64,000 nucleotides of DNA from Candidatus Poribacteria bacterium (GTDB lineage: Bacteria > Poribacteria > WGA-4E > WGA-3G). Where the stretch lies: the NCBI GenBank assembly GCA_965198235.1, contig OZ240248.1, forward strand, positions 4,736,001 through 4,800,000. The letters are read 5' to 3'. The translations under genes and the position numbers were made by a program. The notes under the pieces are model-generated. The model was not told the DNA's origin, did no database searches, and worked only from the letters and a program-made list of their open reading frames with translations. This document shows positions 28,798-39,860 of the stretch, one piece after another. The number at the start of each line of letters is the position of its first letter. The first letter of the stretch is position 1.

Positions 28798-29829
28798 TCA
28801 ACGCGCTAACTTCTGCTGTAGTTTCGAGCTATCTATAACTTCCCGATTCACAACCCACGTTGGAATTTGTCCGGAAGCCACGTTGATGATGCTCCCACAC
28901 GCACTCTTGGCGTTGCCTTCAAAGCATTCATCCGTCCAGCAAATACTGTGTGGGGTTACGATAACGTTGTCCAGACTTAAGAGTGGATCGTCGTCGCTAA
29001 TTGGTTCTTGTTCAAAGACATCGAGACCTGCTCCTTGAATCTGTCGATTCTGAAGTGCTTCTGTGAGTGCTTTCTGGTCAACGATTGGACCGCGTGCGGT
29101 GTTAATCAGATAAGATGTCGGTTTCATCAACCCGATACGTCTCGCATCAATGAGTCCGCGCGTTTCTTCGTTTAATGGACAGCAGACACACACAAAATCA
29201 GCGGTTCGCATCAAGGTATCCAGATCGACGGGTTCTACACCTACTTCTGCTGCTTCAGCAGGCGTGACGTACGGATCGTAGGTGATATGGCACATCCCGA
29301 AAGGTTTCGCCAGTTTAAACGCCTCTTTTCCGATGTTGCCCATGCCAACAAGCCCAAGTGTTCTACCGACTAACCCCATCCCCCTATAGTTTTGTGTGTT
29401 TCTCCAGCCACCCTCACGGGTGAGTCGATCCTTTATTAGCAGTTGGTGGCTCAACGATAGGACAAAGGTCATGATGGAGGTGGCAACGGGGCGGCGAACA
29501 CCATCGGGGGCAATCGTTAGCAACACACCGTTTTCGGTACAGGCTCCCACGTCCACCTTATCATAGCCGACACCGAAGCGGGCAATGACAGCCAACTTAT
29601 CAGCGTTTGTAAACGTCTCTGCCGTAATACCCGCGCCCAATACTAAGAGCGCATCATAATCCTGCACCTGTGCCGCTTGTAATACCGGTGTATTCTCTGC
29701 AATATATTCCCAGTGCAGATTTGCTTGGTCAAAAAGAGGACCAGCGATGTCATCTAAATCGCAGGTGCCATCGGGCCCCAGAAAGTCGCGCGTGACACCT
29801 ACGCGAAATACAGATTTATCCATTGGCAA
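28798..29829 (-). CDS. D-2-hydroxyacid dehydrogenase family protein
   Basis: RFGVGYD, GLVGMGNIG, LINTARG, LDVFEQEP, TPH. Confidence 0.9.
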   Translation of the reverse strand: MPMDKSVFRVGVTRDFLGPDGTCDLDDIAGPLFDQANLHWEYIAENTPVLQAAQVQDYDALLVLGAGITAETFTNADKLAVIARFGVGYDKVDVGACTENGVLLTIAPDGVRRPVATSIMTFVLSLSHQLLIKDRLTREGGWRNTQNYRGMGLVGRTLGLVGMGNIGKEAFKLAKPFGMCHITYDPYVTPAEAAEVGVEPVDLDTLMRTADFVCVCCPLNEETRGLIDARRIGLMKPTSYLINTARGPIVDQKALTEALQNRQIQGAGLDVFEQEPISDDDPLLSLDNVIVTPHSICWTDECFEGNAKSACGSIINVASGQIPTWVVNREVIDSSKLQQKLAR

Positions 29830-29841
29830 TTCCTATTTATT

Positions 29842-29967
29842 TATTGTAAAACCCGAAAATACTTGAACACTTTGAGAAGTTAACCCTCTATCCCCTTATC
29901 AGGGGTTAAGAGATACGTCGAAACCTCTCCAGTCTAAAATGTTTCAATAGTTATGGGCTTTACCATT
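29842..29967. repeat. MITE-like repeat family A copy
   Basis: ATTGTAAAACCC...GGGCTTTACCAT termini similar to 867-965. Confidence 0.55.
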
Positions 29968-30022
29968 TAAAAGTAGAATTGATAATCCTAAAATTATAAC
30001 TGCAAAAATTCGATATTTCATA

Positions 30023-31615
30023 CTATTTTTCGATCCAAATTTGGCGGAAGTATTTCCAATTCAAGGGTTGGAGTTTGAGATTTTTTACCTTTTTGTTAAT
30101 GACTAAAATCTGTTTCGCATGCGCCAATGGGACCCACGGCACATCTTTGTGAAAGATCCGCTGTGCTTCTTGGTAAAGCGAGACTCGCTTTTCGCGATCC
30201 GAGGTTGCCCTTGCCTGCTCTAAAACGGCTTGCATTTCATCGCTTCGATAAAATGCGATATTTCCAGCGGGCTTCTCCGCTGACGATTTACTGAGAAGGA
30301 AGTAGAGGAAGTTATCAGGGTCCCCGAGGTCGGCACTCCATCCTAACATTGCGATGTCGTGCTCTCCATTTTTTGTTTTTTCAAGATAGGTGCCCCAGTC
30401 GAAGGTCACGATTTTTGTCTCAATTCCAACATTTCGGAATTCGGATTGGAGAACTTCTGCAAGGGCGCGTCCATCAGGAATATAGGGACGTGGGACGGGT
30501 AATGCCCAGAGCGTTGTCTCAAACCCGTTGGGGTATCCTGCTTCAGTGAGAAGTTTCTTCGCCAGTTCTGGGTCGTAGCCGTAATCCTGAATCGAATCAT
30601 CATAACTCCAGAGTGTCGGTGGGATTGGGTTCTTCGCTGGGATCCCTAAACCTTGATAGAGGTGTTCAATAATTGCTGATTTGTTGATAGCGTGGTTAAT
30701 CGCGAGTCGTACTTTGAGATTGTCGAAAGGGGGTTTGTCCATGTTCATTGCCAAGTAGCCGATGCTCATGCCGGGTTGCGATAACAATTCAAGCGTTTCG
30801 TCATCTCGGATCTGTTGCAAATCGTCCGGATTTGGGAACTCCATCGCGTGGATACTGCCTTGCTGAAGTTCAATAAGCCGCACTGAGTTATCAGGAATAG
30901 AGCGAAGGATGACTCTATCTAACATAGGAGGGCCGCCCCAATAAGTCTCGTTTGCCTCAAGCACGATTTTATCTTTCCTATCCCACTGCCCAAACTTAAA
31001 GGGACCTGTGCCGACTGGGTTATTGGAAAACTCATCGCCCCATTTTTTTACTGCTGTTGGGCTAACAATGGAGAAAGGGGTTATTGCAATCGTATAAATA
31101 AAGGGGGCATAAGCCGTTTTGAGGTGAATTTGAACCGTAAAGTCATCAACAGCGATAATTTTGTCCACAATCTCTGCCAAACCGGTGGCTATCCAGTAAA
31201 TATAGCTACCGCCAACTTTATGGAACGGATGTGTATCATCGTGCTGTCGGTTAAGAGAAAAGAGAACGGCTTCGGCGTTGAAAGGGGTTCCGTCATGGAA
31301 AGTTACGCCTTTCCGAAGGTGAAATGTCCATATCAAACCATCTTCTGAGCTCTCCCAACTTGTAGCGAGGCCTGCTTCAAGTTCAGTGCTTTCATCTTTG
31401 TATTGCACGAGCGTATCATAGACATTATCGCAAACTTTGAAGGATTCTCCATCTTCCTCAAGGGCTGGATCCAATCCCACAGAGTCACCGCCGCGACCGA
31501 ATATTAGAGTGCCGCCGCGCTTTAGGTGTGAATCGGCAAGGATCGGGGAGAACCCCGCAAGTAGCGATATTAGCAGCGTGGATAAGAGAATCCGTGTAAA
31601 AAATCTGTGTTTCAT
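30023..31615 (-). CDS. dppA: Dipeptide/oligopeptide ABC transporter substrate-binding protein
   Basis: Signal peptide; LATSWESSEDGLIWTFHLRKGVTFHDGTPFNAEAV family-5 signature; PVGTGPF; RPY. Confidence 0.85.
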   Translation of the reverse strand: MKHRFFTRILLSTLLISLLAGFSPILADSHLKRGGTLIFGRGGDSVGLDPALEEDGESFKVCDNVYDTLVQYKDESTELEAGLATSWESSEDGLIWTFHLRKGVTFHDGTPFNAEAVLFSLNRQHDDTHPFHKVGGSYIYWIATGLAEIVDKIIAVDDFTVQIHLKTAYAPFIYTIAITPFSIVSPTAVKKWGDEFSNNPVGTGPFKFGQWDRKDKIVLEANETYWGGPPMLDRVILRSIPDNSVRLIELQQGSIHAMEFPNPDDLQQIRDDETLELLSQPGMSIGYLAMNMDKPPFDNLKVRLAINHAINKSAIIEHLYQGLGIPAKNPIPPTLWSYDDSIQDYGYDPELAKKLLTEAGYPNGFETTLWALPVPRPYIPDGRALAEVLQSEFRNVGIETKIVTFDWGTYLEKTKNGEHDIAMLGWSADLGDPDNFLYFLLSKSSAEKPAGNIAFYRSDEMQAVLEQARATSDREKRVSLYQEAQRIFHKDVPWVPLAHAKQILVINKKVKNLKLQPLNWKYFRQIWIEK

Positions 31616-31872
31616 AAATTTCTCCGAGGTTTATAAAAAGATATACGCTTTATGATACGGAGTTTTCTGCAAAATGTCAAGCGGTCTTTTCTGTGAACTC
31701 GAGGAGTTTAGAGGTTTACGTTTAGCAAACATAGTGTCTTCTTGGCGGAGAAAAATAATAGGCTCAATTTTCACAGAATACAAGTTGAAACCCTTTTTCT
31801 GTAAAAATCGTTTTATTAATTGGGGAAATGTCTTAAAAATAGTGGCGAAATTCCAGATTCGCCTGAGGAATT

Positions 31873-33993
31873 ATGTTATCTTTTGAACAACTCATCCAGA
31901 ATTTAACGGACACAACGCAACCGAGTATTGTTCGCTGCAGTGCTATTACAAATCTTGTCTTGCAGGGTAGCTCACAGGGAATAGGATCCCTAATTGAGGT
32001 GCTTGCTGATTCAGATTCGATGATACGGCGCGAAGCCGCGATGGCACTTCGGCAAATGGACGCGACTCGAGCTGCGCAACCGCTGCTTGAAGCGTTGCAG
32101 GTGGAGTCAAACGATTTGACGCTTTGGGCAATGCTTGAAGCGGTTGGTGAGTTGGCTACGCCTGATGCTATTCTTATGCTCGAATCGCTTCGCACTGCTG
32201 GTTCTATGCTCACACGGATCGAAGCAAAGAAAAGCATCACTCGGATCGAGGCTCGTTATGCCAATGGAGGCACTTCTACATTCCCAGAAGCGTCTGAACC
32301 TGAACTGCGTGGTGAGCGGATAGATACAAATGAACCGTCGGCGACAGCAGATCTTACAGATTCACAAACCATCCCAGAAGAAGACGTAATAGAATCGGAG
32401 TCGAATGTTCCTCCTCACAGCACGGAAGGTTTTCAAGCCGCTACGTCCGACGATCCGTTTATAGAACAAGTAGAAAATGTAGCGATAGATGAGGTCTCAA
32501 CAGTTGAATCCAGTGAGAAACAGCCGAAGATGTTTGTAGAAGAAATGTTCACAAGTCCTTCTATTGATTCAGGCGAAAGGACTGTGGCAGTTCCAGAAGA
32601 GATAACTGATACACCGGATCATACACAGTCCGCCGATGAACTGGTCGATGTTATGGAGGAAGCGGAACCCGTAGATGAAATAACTGATACCGCGGATTAT
32701 GTGCAGTTTGACGATGAACCGATTGAACCTATAGATGAAACCTGGGGAAATCCGCAGAGGAAACACCCTATCAAAAACCCCAAGCAAAAACCCCAAGCAA
32801 AAACACCTACAGATACTTTAACAACCGATGCGGAATCAGCACAACGAGAAAAAGAAGATCAAGAGATAAACGATTTAGCGGAATCTATTGCACGATCGTC
32901 TCGTCTTGCCGGTTCGTCAGTTAATCTTCCGGTGTTAGCACCGAATGCTGCCACTGTGCCGTATGATCCGAAGGGCACTGCACTTGAACCCGCACAGACG
33001 AACTTCTTCTTGACCCTAATACACCCCGGGAGGTATCTCTCCAAGCAATGGGTGCAGCGAACGCGCGTTTATCTGATATTGTGGGCTGTTCTCGTTATCG
33101 TTACGATCGGTTTCACTCAGTATCAGAAATATACAAAAATAGAGTTAAGTCCGCTGTCTCGTTTTGGGCTTTCTATCAGTGAACTACCGGAGTTGGTGAA
33201 ACGCTCATTGGCGGAAGGTGATTTCTACATTCAGGAAGGATATTATAGAAAAGCCATTAATTCGTATGAGTTGAGTAGAGGTCTCGGTGCCCTCCCGATT
33301 AGTTTCTATAGGAAACTCGGATTTGCGTACTTTAAGGAAGGTCAGTACGCGCTTGCCATTGAAGCATATGAACTGTTTTTAGAGGCAAGAGCGAATGAAA
33401 ACCCCGACGTGTTTGCCGCCGAAGCTTCACTCGTTGGAGTCTATCCGCTTACTTCGGTCGGAGAAGGAACGACACGCGATTATGAAACCTATAACATTCT
33501 TGGCACAGCGTATATGAAACTCGGACGTGCACTGGACGCGCAACGCGCCTACGAAAAGGCGATACATCTCGCACCAAAATATGGCGAGGCATACAATAAT
33601 CTCGCATGCCTCTATGCGGACAATTATCCGAATCACTTGCCCGCAAGTATTAATAACCCTCAAGTTTCGCACCCGTTTTTCGCAAATTCCGTTTTGCAGA
33701 CTTCACCCAGACTGCGGTTTGCTGAAGCGTTAGCCTATACAGCCGTAACGTTGAATCCGGATGTTGCTGCTTATCACGACACCCTCGGTTGGATTTTATC
33801 GAAGCGGGGACAAGTGAACAAGGGGATGAAAACTCTGGAACGTGCCATCGGTCTACAGAGCGATGCAGTCGAGCCTCATTATCATCTCGCACAGGTTGCG
33901 CTAAAAACCAACGAACGGAAGAAAGCAATACAAGCGATCCGAAACGTGTTCAAACTCAATCCGGCTTTTGTATCGCTCAATACAGTGAAATAG
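31873..33993 (+). CDS. HEAT-repeat / acidic linker / single TM / TPR protein
   Basis: IRREAAMAL HEAT repeats, Glu/Asp-rich middle, TM helix YLILWAVLVIVTIGF, several TPRs (YNILGTAYMKLG...AYNNLA). Confidence 0.8.
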   Translation: MLSFEQLIQNLTDTTQPSIVRCSAITNLVLQGSSQGIGSLIEVLADSDSMIRREAAMALRQMDATRAAQPLLEALQVESNDLTLWAMLEAVGELATPDAILMLESLRTAGSMLTRIEAKKSITRIEARYANGGTSTFPEASEPELRGERIDTNEPSATADLTDSQTIPEEDVIESESNVPPHSTEGFQAATSDDPFIEQVENVAIDEVSTVESSEKQPKMFVEEMFTSPSIDSGERTVAVPEEITDTPDHTQSADELVDVMEEAEPVDEITDTADYVQFDDEPIEPIDETWGNPQRKHPIKNPKQKPQAKTPTDTLTTDAESAQREKEDQEINDLAESIARSSRLAGSSVNLPVLAPNAATVPYDPKGTALEPAQTNFFLTLIHPGRYLSKQWVQRTRVYLILWAVLVIVTIGFTQYQKYTKIELSPLSRFGLSISELPELVKRSLAEGDFYIQEGYYRKAINSYELSRGLGALPISFYRKLGFAYFKEGQYALAIEAYELFLEARANENPDVFAAEASLVGVYPLTSVGEGTTRDYETYNILGTAYMKLGRALDAQRAYEKAIHLAPKYGEAYNNLACLYADNYPNHLPASINNPQVSHPFFANSVLQTSPRLRFAEALAYTAVTLNPDVAAYHDTLGWILSKRGQVNKGMKTLERAIGLQSDAVEPHYHLAQVALKTNERKKAIQAIRNVFKLNPAFVSLNTVK

Positions 33994-34010
33994 CGATGAT
34001 AGCAAAGAAT

Positions 34011-37000
34011 TTAGCGAATTACTGAGAATTTGCCGACGCGCCGATCCTTTTCAGACGCAAGGACATAGATATAGACCCCGCTGCTGACCCCAAAAAGTTC
34101 CCAAACCCTCCTATCCCTTTCATGTTCCGTTCGAATAAGCGATGCAATACAGTTCCCACTGACATCGTAGATATAAATGTTAGTTCCCGCCGGTAGTTTA
34201 TCGAATGTAACCTCATTACACTCTGCCACCGGATTGGGATAGACAACCACCTCTGCAAGCGTTGGTGCCGGGAGCATTATTGTCAACATTCTGGCATCCT
34301 CTGCGAGATCGGCACCGTATATATCCGAAAGTTGCAATGCCTCAATCTGATAACGATTACCTGTGCGGAAGACTTTTGGAGAGAATGTAAGGACAACCCG
34401 ATTCCGTGTTTTGTCAAGGATCGCCGAGCGCGGCGTGTAACTCTCCGAACCGTTTTCTGTGTTTCCCTGCTTGTGCAGACGGTAACGACCAGCGTATGTG
34501 GCAGAAACGCCCATCGGTTTGTCAAACTCCAATATGAGTTGATTCGGCGGTGAAGGCACAGCGGCACGCAAGCGCGGTCGTCGCGTTGGTACGACAGATA
34601 TCGATGTGGATTGTTTTGAAAGTGAACCGTTTGAATTCTGAGACGCGATTGCGTACCAGTACGTTTGTCCTGTGGTAAGTCCAGTATCCGTGAAATGTGT
34701 TTCCTGAATCCCATCACGAATCTTTTCCAGTAATTTCTCGCGTTCTCCGCGATAGAGGGTATATGCTACTGCATCCTGTGCTTCCTGCCAAGTCAGATGA
34801 ACTGAACGCTCGTCAATCGGTTTCGCCGTAATTCCCCACGGCGGGTTGAGCGGAACCCTTGATTGCGAAGTTGCAGTTACAGGTGTCTCGAAAACGGTCA
34901 AGGCATTATTACTGTTAAACAGCAGTGCCTTTGCTCCATTGCCATTTAGGTCGACTACAATCGGATTGAAAGTGCTTGTCGCGGTGTGGTGCCAGATAGG
35001 TCGATAGTCTACTCCGTCATACTGCACGAGATAGAAGTTTGGCTGAACAGCGATGCAAAGTTCATTGCGTCCATCGTTATTCGCGTCCACAATACTCATT
35101 CCATTTCCGCCATCCCACACGTCACGGATGCGTTGCGTCCACACAGCACGATAGGTATTATCACCATTTGATTTGAAAATAGTTAAAAGCCAGTGATAAT
35201 AACGGATATCAAGTTCTGTAGTGCCGATCTGGGTCCCCGTTTTGGCGCAGATAGCAAACTCGGCGTTTCCATCGCCGTCCATATCCCCAGCAGCGAAGAG
35301 GTGTGGAGTGCCTTCAGAAAGCCTGCTTATCCACGTTTGTCTGTATTGGTTGTTTCCAGTCGCTTCGTGTATGAATACATACCCATCGTTGTCCCCGGCT
35401 AAAATTTCTATGCGTCCATCTCCGTCAAAATCGCCTGTAGCGAAATTCGGGCTAATCCCGCTGTTTCCCCACATTGGGCTTTCAAGGGTAGCTGCAATTC
35501 GATAGTCGTTATCCGCGACTGCCTCGTAGACTGAAATAGCATTAGTGGTGTCATTGCGCGCAAAGATTTCAGGTGTGCCATCTGCATCCGCATCTGCGAT
35601 TGTCCGACTCCAATGCCCGTGTGTTTCCCAGATGTGTTCGGTTGGAAATTCGCCTTGTGAGGGTTGCTCCAGCAAAAATGTCGTTCCTGAGGCATTACAC
35701 AGTATTTCTATGAGTCCGTCGTTATCTGTATCAGCAGATGCCCAGAGCCATAGTGATTCGGGGAATGAAAAGATCTGCTTATACGTTCCATCATCCGCTA
35801 TCTCAAGAATTTGTGCTATGCCAGTTTCCATTTCAACGGCGAAGAGTTCCAATTCCCCGTTTCTGTTTATATCCACCGGTGAGGCGATAGCGTGCAATCC
35901 ACCCTCAATTGATGCGACTTGCGAGAAATGTGATATATGAATCGGGGTATCATTCACTTCAATCTGATATAACCTGCCGTTGTTGTCATCAATTTGCAGG
36001 TGTCCGACCCTACTTTTCACCCCTAATCGGTACAAATAAGTTCCCGGAGGTCCGCCTAAATCCGACATGTTGACGAAATGGAGCAAGTTCTCTGAGTCCG
36101 AATAGACAGCTCTATTGATATTTCCGTTTGCCTCAAAAATTTCGATTTTACCTGTGGTTAACGCTTCCGTTTCCCACATCACCACTGAATTGAATTTGTT
36201 TCCCGCAAGCCATGGTTGTGCTTCATGTTTTATAATAAGAGGTTCCTTGTGCCTCACATCAACAACCACTTTGACTCTCTTGATGTCCCCATTTTCAGGT
36301 TTAACACTCAGTCGCAGCGTATACCTGCCTTCCGCTAAAGTGGAGGTGTCCCACTTGTGTAGGCACGCGCTAAACTTCGGTTCAGTTTGCACAGTTCCCA
36401 ACGGATACCATAAATCTGGGACTTCGCCGATGCCATACTCCAGCCAGTATTCAGAAAATCCAGCGCCACCTGCACTCCCAATGATTTCAATTCTATCAAT
36501 ATACAAACCTACTGGAATTTGACTATACCGCACGTACCCACCTCCGCCACCGACGAATTCAATTTCATCAAGAGCGGGTTGGGGTGTCCGTCGAACATCA
36601 ATTTTCGCAATAAGCGATGTTGAAGCCGCGAGTGCTGCGTATGCATCAAGCGAACCTGCCCCAACGAGTTCGGTAATGAAAAGTGGCTTTGCAGTGGTAA
36701 TCAATTTCTCTTGAATTTCTATGTTAGTGGCGTGTGGATTTGCGGACAAAACGAGAGCCGCAACGCCAGAGACATGCGCAGTCGCCATGGATGTACCGGA
36801 TCTCCTTCGGTATTCCCCATTAAGGGCTGTGCTGAGAATTTCGTCACCGGGCGCGGCGATATTGATTGTAGCACCGAAATTAGAACCGTCATACAACTGC
36901 TTTTCCTGTCCAAGTCCCGCAACGGAGATAACGGGTTTAAGAGCAGCAGGATAGTAAGAACCGACTGCCGCCGAATTGCCTGCTGCACCAACCAGTACAC

Positions 37001-37973
37001 ACCCGCGATGATGGGCGTATTCTATGGCATCTTCTATGATGAAGGCACGCACCGTATCCCCCCAACTCATATTAATCACCCGTGCACCATTGTCTGCGGC
37101 GTAAACAATAGCGGCGGCGAGATCGTCGTTCTGGAGGTAAGCGCCCCCTCCATACTTGAAACCCGCTCTAACAGGCATCAAACGGCAGTTGGGCGCGATC
37201 CCCGCGATACCAAGCCCATTGTTCACTTTCGCGGCGATGATACCGGAGACGTGTGTCCCGTGTCCAGTTTCATCTTCGGGGTCGTTATCTCGGACTGTCC
37301 AATCGCCGCTGCCAGGAAGGGTTGGCGCGTCGCTAAAGTCCCATCCGTTTTTGTCATCAATATAGCCGTTTCCATCATCGTCGATACCGTTTTTCGGGAT
37401 CTCACCGACATTCTCCCAAATTTGCGAATGAAATTCAGGGTGTCGGGTCGCAATCCCGCTGTCAACGACCGCCACTGTCACTTGTGGTTTTCCTTGTTCT
37501 ATATCCCACGCTTGTAGCATATTTAGGACAGCCAGATTCCACTGTTCCGCATAGTTTGGATCGTTCGGCTCTGTTTCTGCACAGGGCTGGTTGAGACGAT
37601 TCATCTCAACCGCTTCAATGGTAGGATGCTGTTCATACCGTCGCCGTAACGTTTCCAATTTCCGACCTTTTGAAAATCGAATCAGATAAATACGACGGAG
37701 CTGGGGGTGTTGCCCGCCAGGCGTAGTAGTGGGAAAAACTGGGAAAACAGACACCGCACCAAAACGTCTACTCAACTTTTCGAGCTGCTCGCCGGACGCA
37801 TCCGGATGTAAACGGACGATCAGTTCTCCCGGTGTGTCAGTGATATGAGGGAAATCGTCTGAATTGCTTTGGGCAAAGACAAATTGTGAATTTAGAAACA
37901 ATATGAGGATGTAGAGGTAGAAAGATTTTTTTGTCATACAGCAAATTTTAGTAGCATGTAAACATTTAATCAT
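34011..37973 (-). CDS. Secreted S8 subtilisin-like peptidase with FG-GAP repeats, Fn3 and a C-terminal sorting-like domain
   Basis: VVDSG, HGTHVSG and SGTSMA catalytic triad; DFDGDG repeats; YPNP...SGVYIY tail; start may be 37937. Confidence 0.9.
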   Translation of the reverse strand: MIKCLHATKICCMTKKSFYLYILILFLNSQFVFAQSNSDDFPHITDTPGELIVRLHPDASGEQLEKLSRRFGAVSVFPVFPTTTPGGQHPQLRRIYLIRFSKGRKLETLRRRYEQHPTIEAVEMNRLNQPCAETEPNDPNYAEQWNLAVLNMLQAWDIEQGKPQVTVAVVDSGIATRHPEFHSQIWENVGEIPKNGIDDDGNGYIDDKNGWDFSDAPTLPGSGDWTVRDNDPEDETGHGTHVSGIIAAKVNNGLGIAGIAPNCRLMPVRAGFKYGGGAYLQNDDLAAAIVYAADNGARVINMSWGDTVRAFIIEDAIEYAHHRGCVLVGAAGNSAAVGSYYPAALKPVISVAGLGQEKQLYDGSNFGATINIAAPGDEILSTALNGEYRRRSGTSMATAHVSGVAALVLSANPHATNIEIQEKLITTAKPLFITELVGAGSLDAYAALAASTSLIAKIDVRRTPQPALDEIEFVGGGGGYVRYSQIPVGLYIDRIEIIGSAGGAGFSEYWLEYGIGEVPDLWYPLGTVQTEPKFSACLHKWDTSTLAEGRYTLRLSVKPENGDIKRVKVVVDVRHKEPLIIKHEAQPWLAGNKFNSVVMWETEALTTGKIEIFEANGNINRAVYSDSENLLHFVNMSDLGGPPGTYLYRLGVKSRVGHLQIDDNNGRLYQIEVNDTPIHISHFSQVASIEGGLHAIASPVDINRNGELELFAVEMETGIAQILEIADDGTYKQIFSFPESLWLWASADTDNDGLIEILCNASGTTFLLEQPSQGEFPTEHIWETHGHWSRTIADADADGTPEIFARNDTTNAISVYEAVADNDYRIAATLESPMWGNSGISPNFATGDFDGDGRIEILAGDNDGYVFIHEATGNNQYRQTWISRLSEGTPHLFAAGDMDGDGNAEFAICAKTGTQIGTTELDIRYYHWLLTIFKSNGDNTYRAVWTQRIRDVWDGGNGMSIVDANNDGRNELCIAVQPNFYLVQYDGVDYRPIWHHTATSTFNPIVVDLNGNGAKALLFNSNNALTVFETPVTATSQSRVPLNPPWGITAKPIDERSVHLTWQEAQDAVAYTLYRGEREKLLEKIRDGIQETHFTDTGLTTGQTYWYAIASQNSNGSLSKQSTSISVVPTRRPRLRAAVPSPPNQLILEFDKPMGVSATYAGRYRLHKQGNTENGSESYTPRSAILDKTRNRVVLTFSPKVFRTGNRYQIEALQLSDIYGADLAEDARMLTIMLPAPTLAEVVVYPNPVAECNEVTFDKLPAGTNIYIYDVSGNCIASLIRTEHERDRRVWELFGVSSGVYIYVLASEKDRRVGKFSVIR

Positions 37974-38126
37974 TTATGGTGTTGTAGTATGGCACAACTT
38001 GTGCCTACGATTTTCTCTTAAAATTGCAATTCTATATCTTTATCTGCTATATTAATGATAGGGGATTCAGAGAGAAAAAACAAATTTTTCGTATCTTGTA
38101 ACAAACGCATAAGGAAGTGTGCAATT

Positions 38127-39764
38127 ATGAAAGCCTCAGAATTGATCGTTAAATGTCTGGAAAACGAAAACGTTGACTATATATTTGGACTACCGGGTGA
38201 AGAAAATCTGGATATGATGGATGCACTGTTGGAATCCAATATCCAATTTATTCAAACACGCGATGAACGCGGTGCCGCCTTCATGGCTGATGTTTACGGT
38301 CGTCTCACTGGACGCGCCGGCGTGTGTCTTGCTACCTTAGGTCCTGGAGCGATGAACCTTGTCACGGGAGTTGCTGATGCGAATATGGATAGGGCACCTC
38401 TCGTTGCAATCACTGGACAAGCAAGTTTAGACAGAATGCACAAAGAATCTCACCAATATATGGATGTCGTTTCCGTCTTCAAACCGATGACCAAATGGAA
38501 TACGCTCCTTCACCTCCCTGAAATCATCCCGGAAGCGGTTAGTAAAGCCTTCAAGACCGCGACGGGCGAGAAGCCGGGCGCTACACACATCGACTTTCCA
38601 GAGGATGTCGCCAAGATGGAAGTTAGCGCGGAACCTGTGCCACATGACTTTCCCAGCGAAGCCGAACCCGTTGCCTCCTGTTTGTTACGTGCCGCGCAAC
38701 TGATTAACGACGCAAAGCAACCTATTATTCTCGCGGGAAACGGTGTTGTTCGCCAAGGTGCCTCTCGAATTCTGACACAATTCGCTGAAATGACGAATAT
38801 TCCCATTGCACACACTTTTATGGGCAAAGGTAGTATTCCCTGGACCCATCGACTCTCACTCCTGAGTGTCGGATTGCAGGCAAACGATTTCGTCTCCTGT
38901 GGATTCGACAGGGCAGACCTCGTCATCGCAATCGGTTACGATATCGTCGAATATCATCCACGTCTCTGGAACCCCGATCGGAATAAGAAACTCATCCATA
39001 TTGATACACAACCGAGCGAAAGTGATGCCGCTTACGTCACTGATGTCGAGATGGTAGGCAACATCCGGCAGAGCCTTAGACACCTTATGGCACAAGAAAT
39101 CTATCCTAAAGATTCAGAGTATGCCTCAAACACTTTGCGAAAAATCATACTCGACCAACTCGACGAACATCGCGATGATGCAGGGTTTCCCATAAAGCCG
39201 CAAAAAATCTTGAGCGATGTCCGTTCCGTCCTCGCTGAAGATGATATTCTCATTTCCGATGTCGGTGCACACAAAATGTGGATCGCACGTATGTATCCAT
39301 GTTATCAACCTAATACGTGCATCATCTCCAACGGTTTCGCCTCCATGGGCATCGCGCTACCGGGGGCTTTTGTTGCTAAGCTTATCTATCCAGAACGTAA
39401 ATGTCTGGCAATCTGTGGTGATGGTGGCTTCCTGATGAACTCGCAGGAACTCGAAACAGCAACGCGAACCGGTGTGCCATTTGTCACGCTTATCTTCAAT
39501 GACGAGGCTTATGGACTTATTGAATGGAAGCAGATGAACGGTTTTGGTAGACCTGCCCACATCGACTTCACAAACCCCGATTTTGTCAAATATGCCGAAG
39601 CCTTTGGTGCCAAAGGCTATAGAGTCGAAGGAAGTGATGAACTGGTGCCTATACTCGAAGACGCGTTCAGTCAGAAAGTTCCTTCAGTTATTGATTGTCC
39701 CGTTGATTATGCCGAAAACCTACGCTTAACCGATGAACTTGGGCACCTGACATGCCCAATCTAA
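38127..39764 (+). CDS. Second acetolactate synthase large subunit (TPP enzyme, no adjacent small subunit)
   Basis: FGLPGEEN, TLGPGA, DVGAHKMW, GDGGFLMN. Confidence 0.88.
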   Translation: MKASELIVKCLENENVDYIFGLPGEENLDMMDALLESNIQFIQTRDERGAAFMADVYGRLTGRAGVCLATLGPGAMNLVTGVADANMDRAPLVAITGQASLDRMHKESHQYMDVVSVFKPMTKWNTLLHLPEIIPEAVSKAFKTATGEKPGATHIDFPEDVAKMEVSAEPVPHDFPSEAEPVASCLLRAAQLINDAKQPIILAGNGVVRQGASRILTQFAEMTNIPIAHTFMGKGSIPWTHRLSLLSVGLQANDFVSCGFDRADLVIAIGYDIVEYHPRLWNPDRNKKLIHIDTQPSESDAAYVTDVEMVGNIRQSLRHLMAQEIYPKDSEYASNTLRKIILDQLDEHRDDAGFPIKPQKILSDVRSVLAEDDILISDVGAHKMWIARMYPCYQPNTCIISNGFASMGIALPGAFVAKLIYPERKCLAICGDGGFLMNSQELETATRTGVPFVTLIFNDEAYGLIEWKQMNGFGRPAHIDFTNPDFVKYAEAFGAKGYRVEGSDELVPILEDAFSQKVPSVIDCPVDYAENLRLTDELGHLTCPI

Positions 39765-39765
39765 C

Positions 39766-39860
39766 TATAGTGAATTATGAAAATATGTTGACACCTACTG
39801 GTAGGCGCGGTTTGTAACCGCGCCGATTCAAGTGTAAAGTTAATTGTATAATCCACCATA
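39766..39860. repeat. MITE-like repeat family A copy with a GTAG REP-like hairpin
   Basis: TATAGTGAATTA...TAATCCACCATA termini; GTAGGCGCGGTT-TGT-AACCGCGCC. Confidence 0.6.

Noticed and set aside
36711-37517. 268-aa plus-strand ORF
   Set aside because: Antisense shadow of the S8 peptidase
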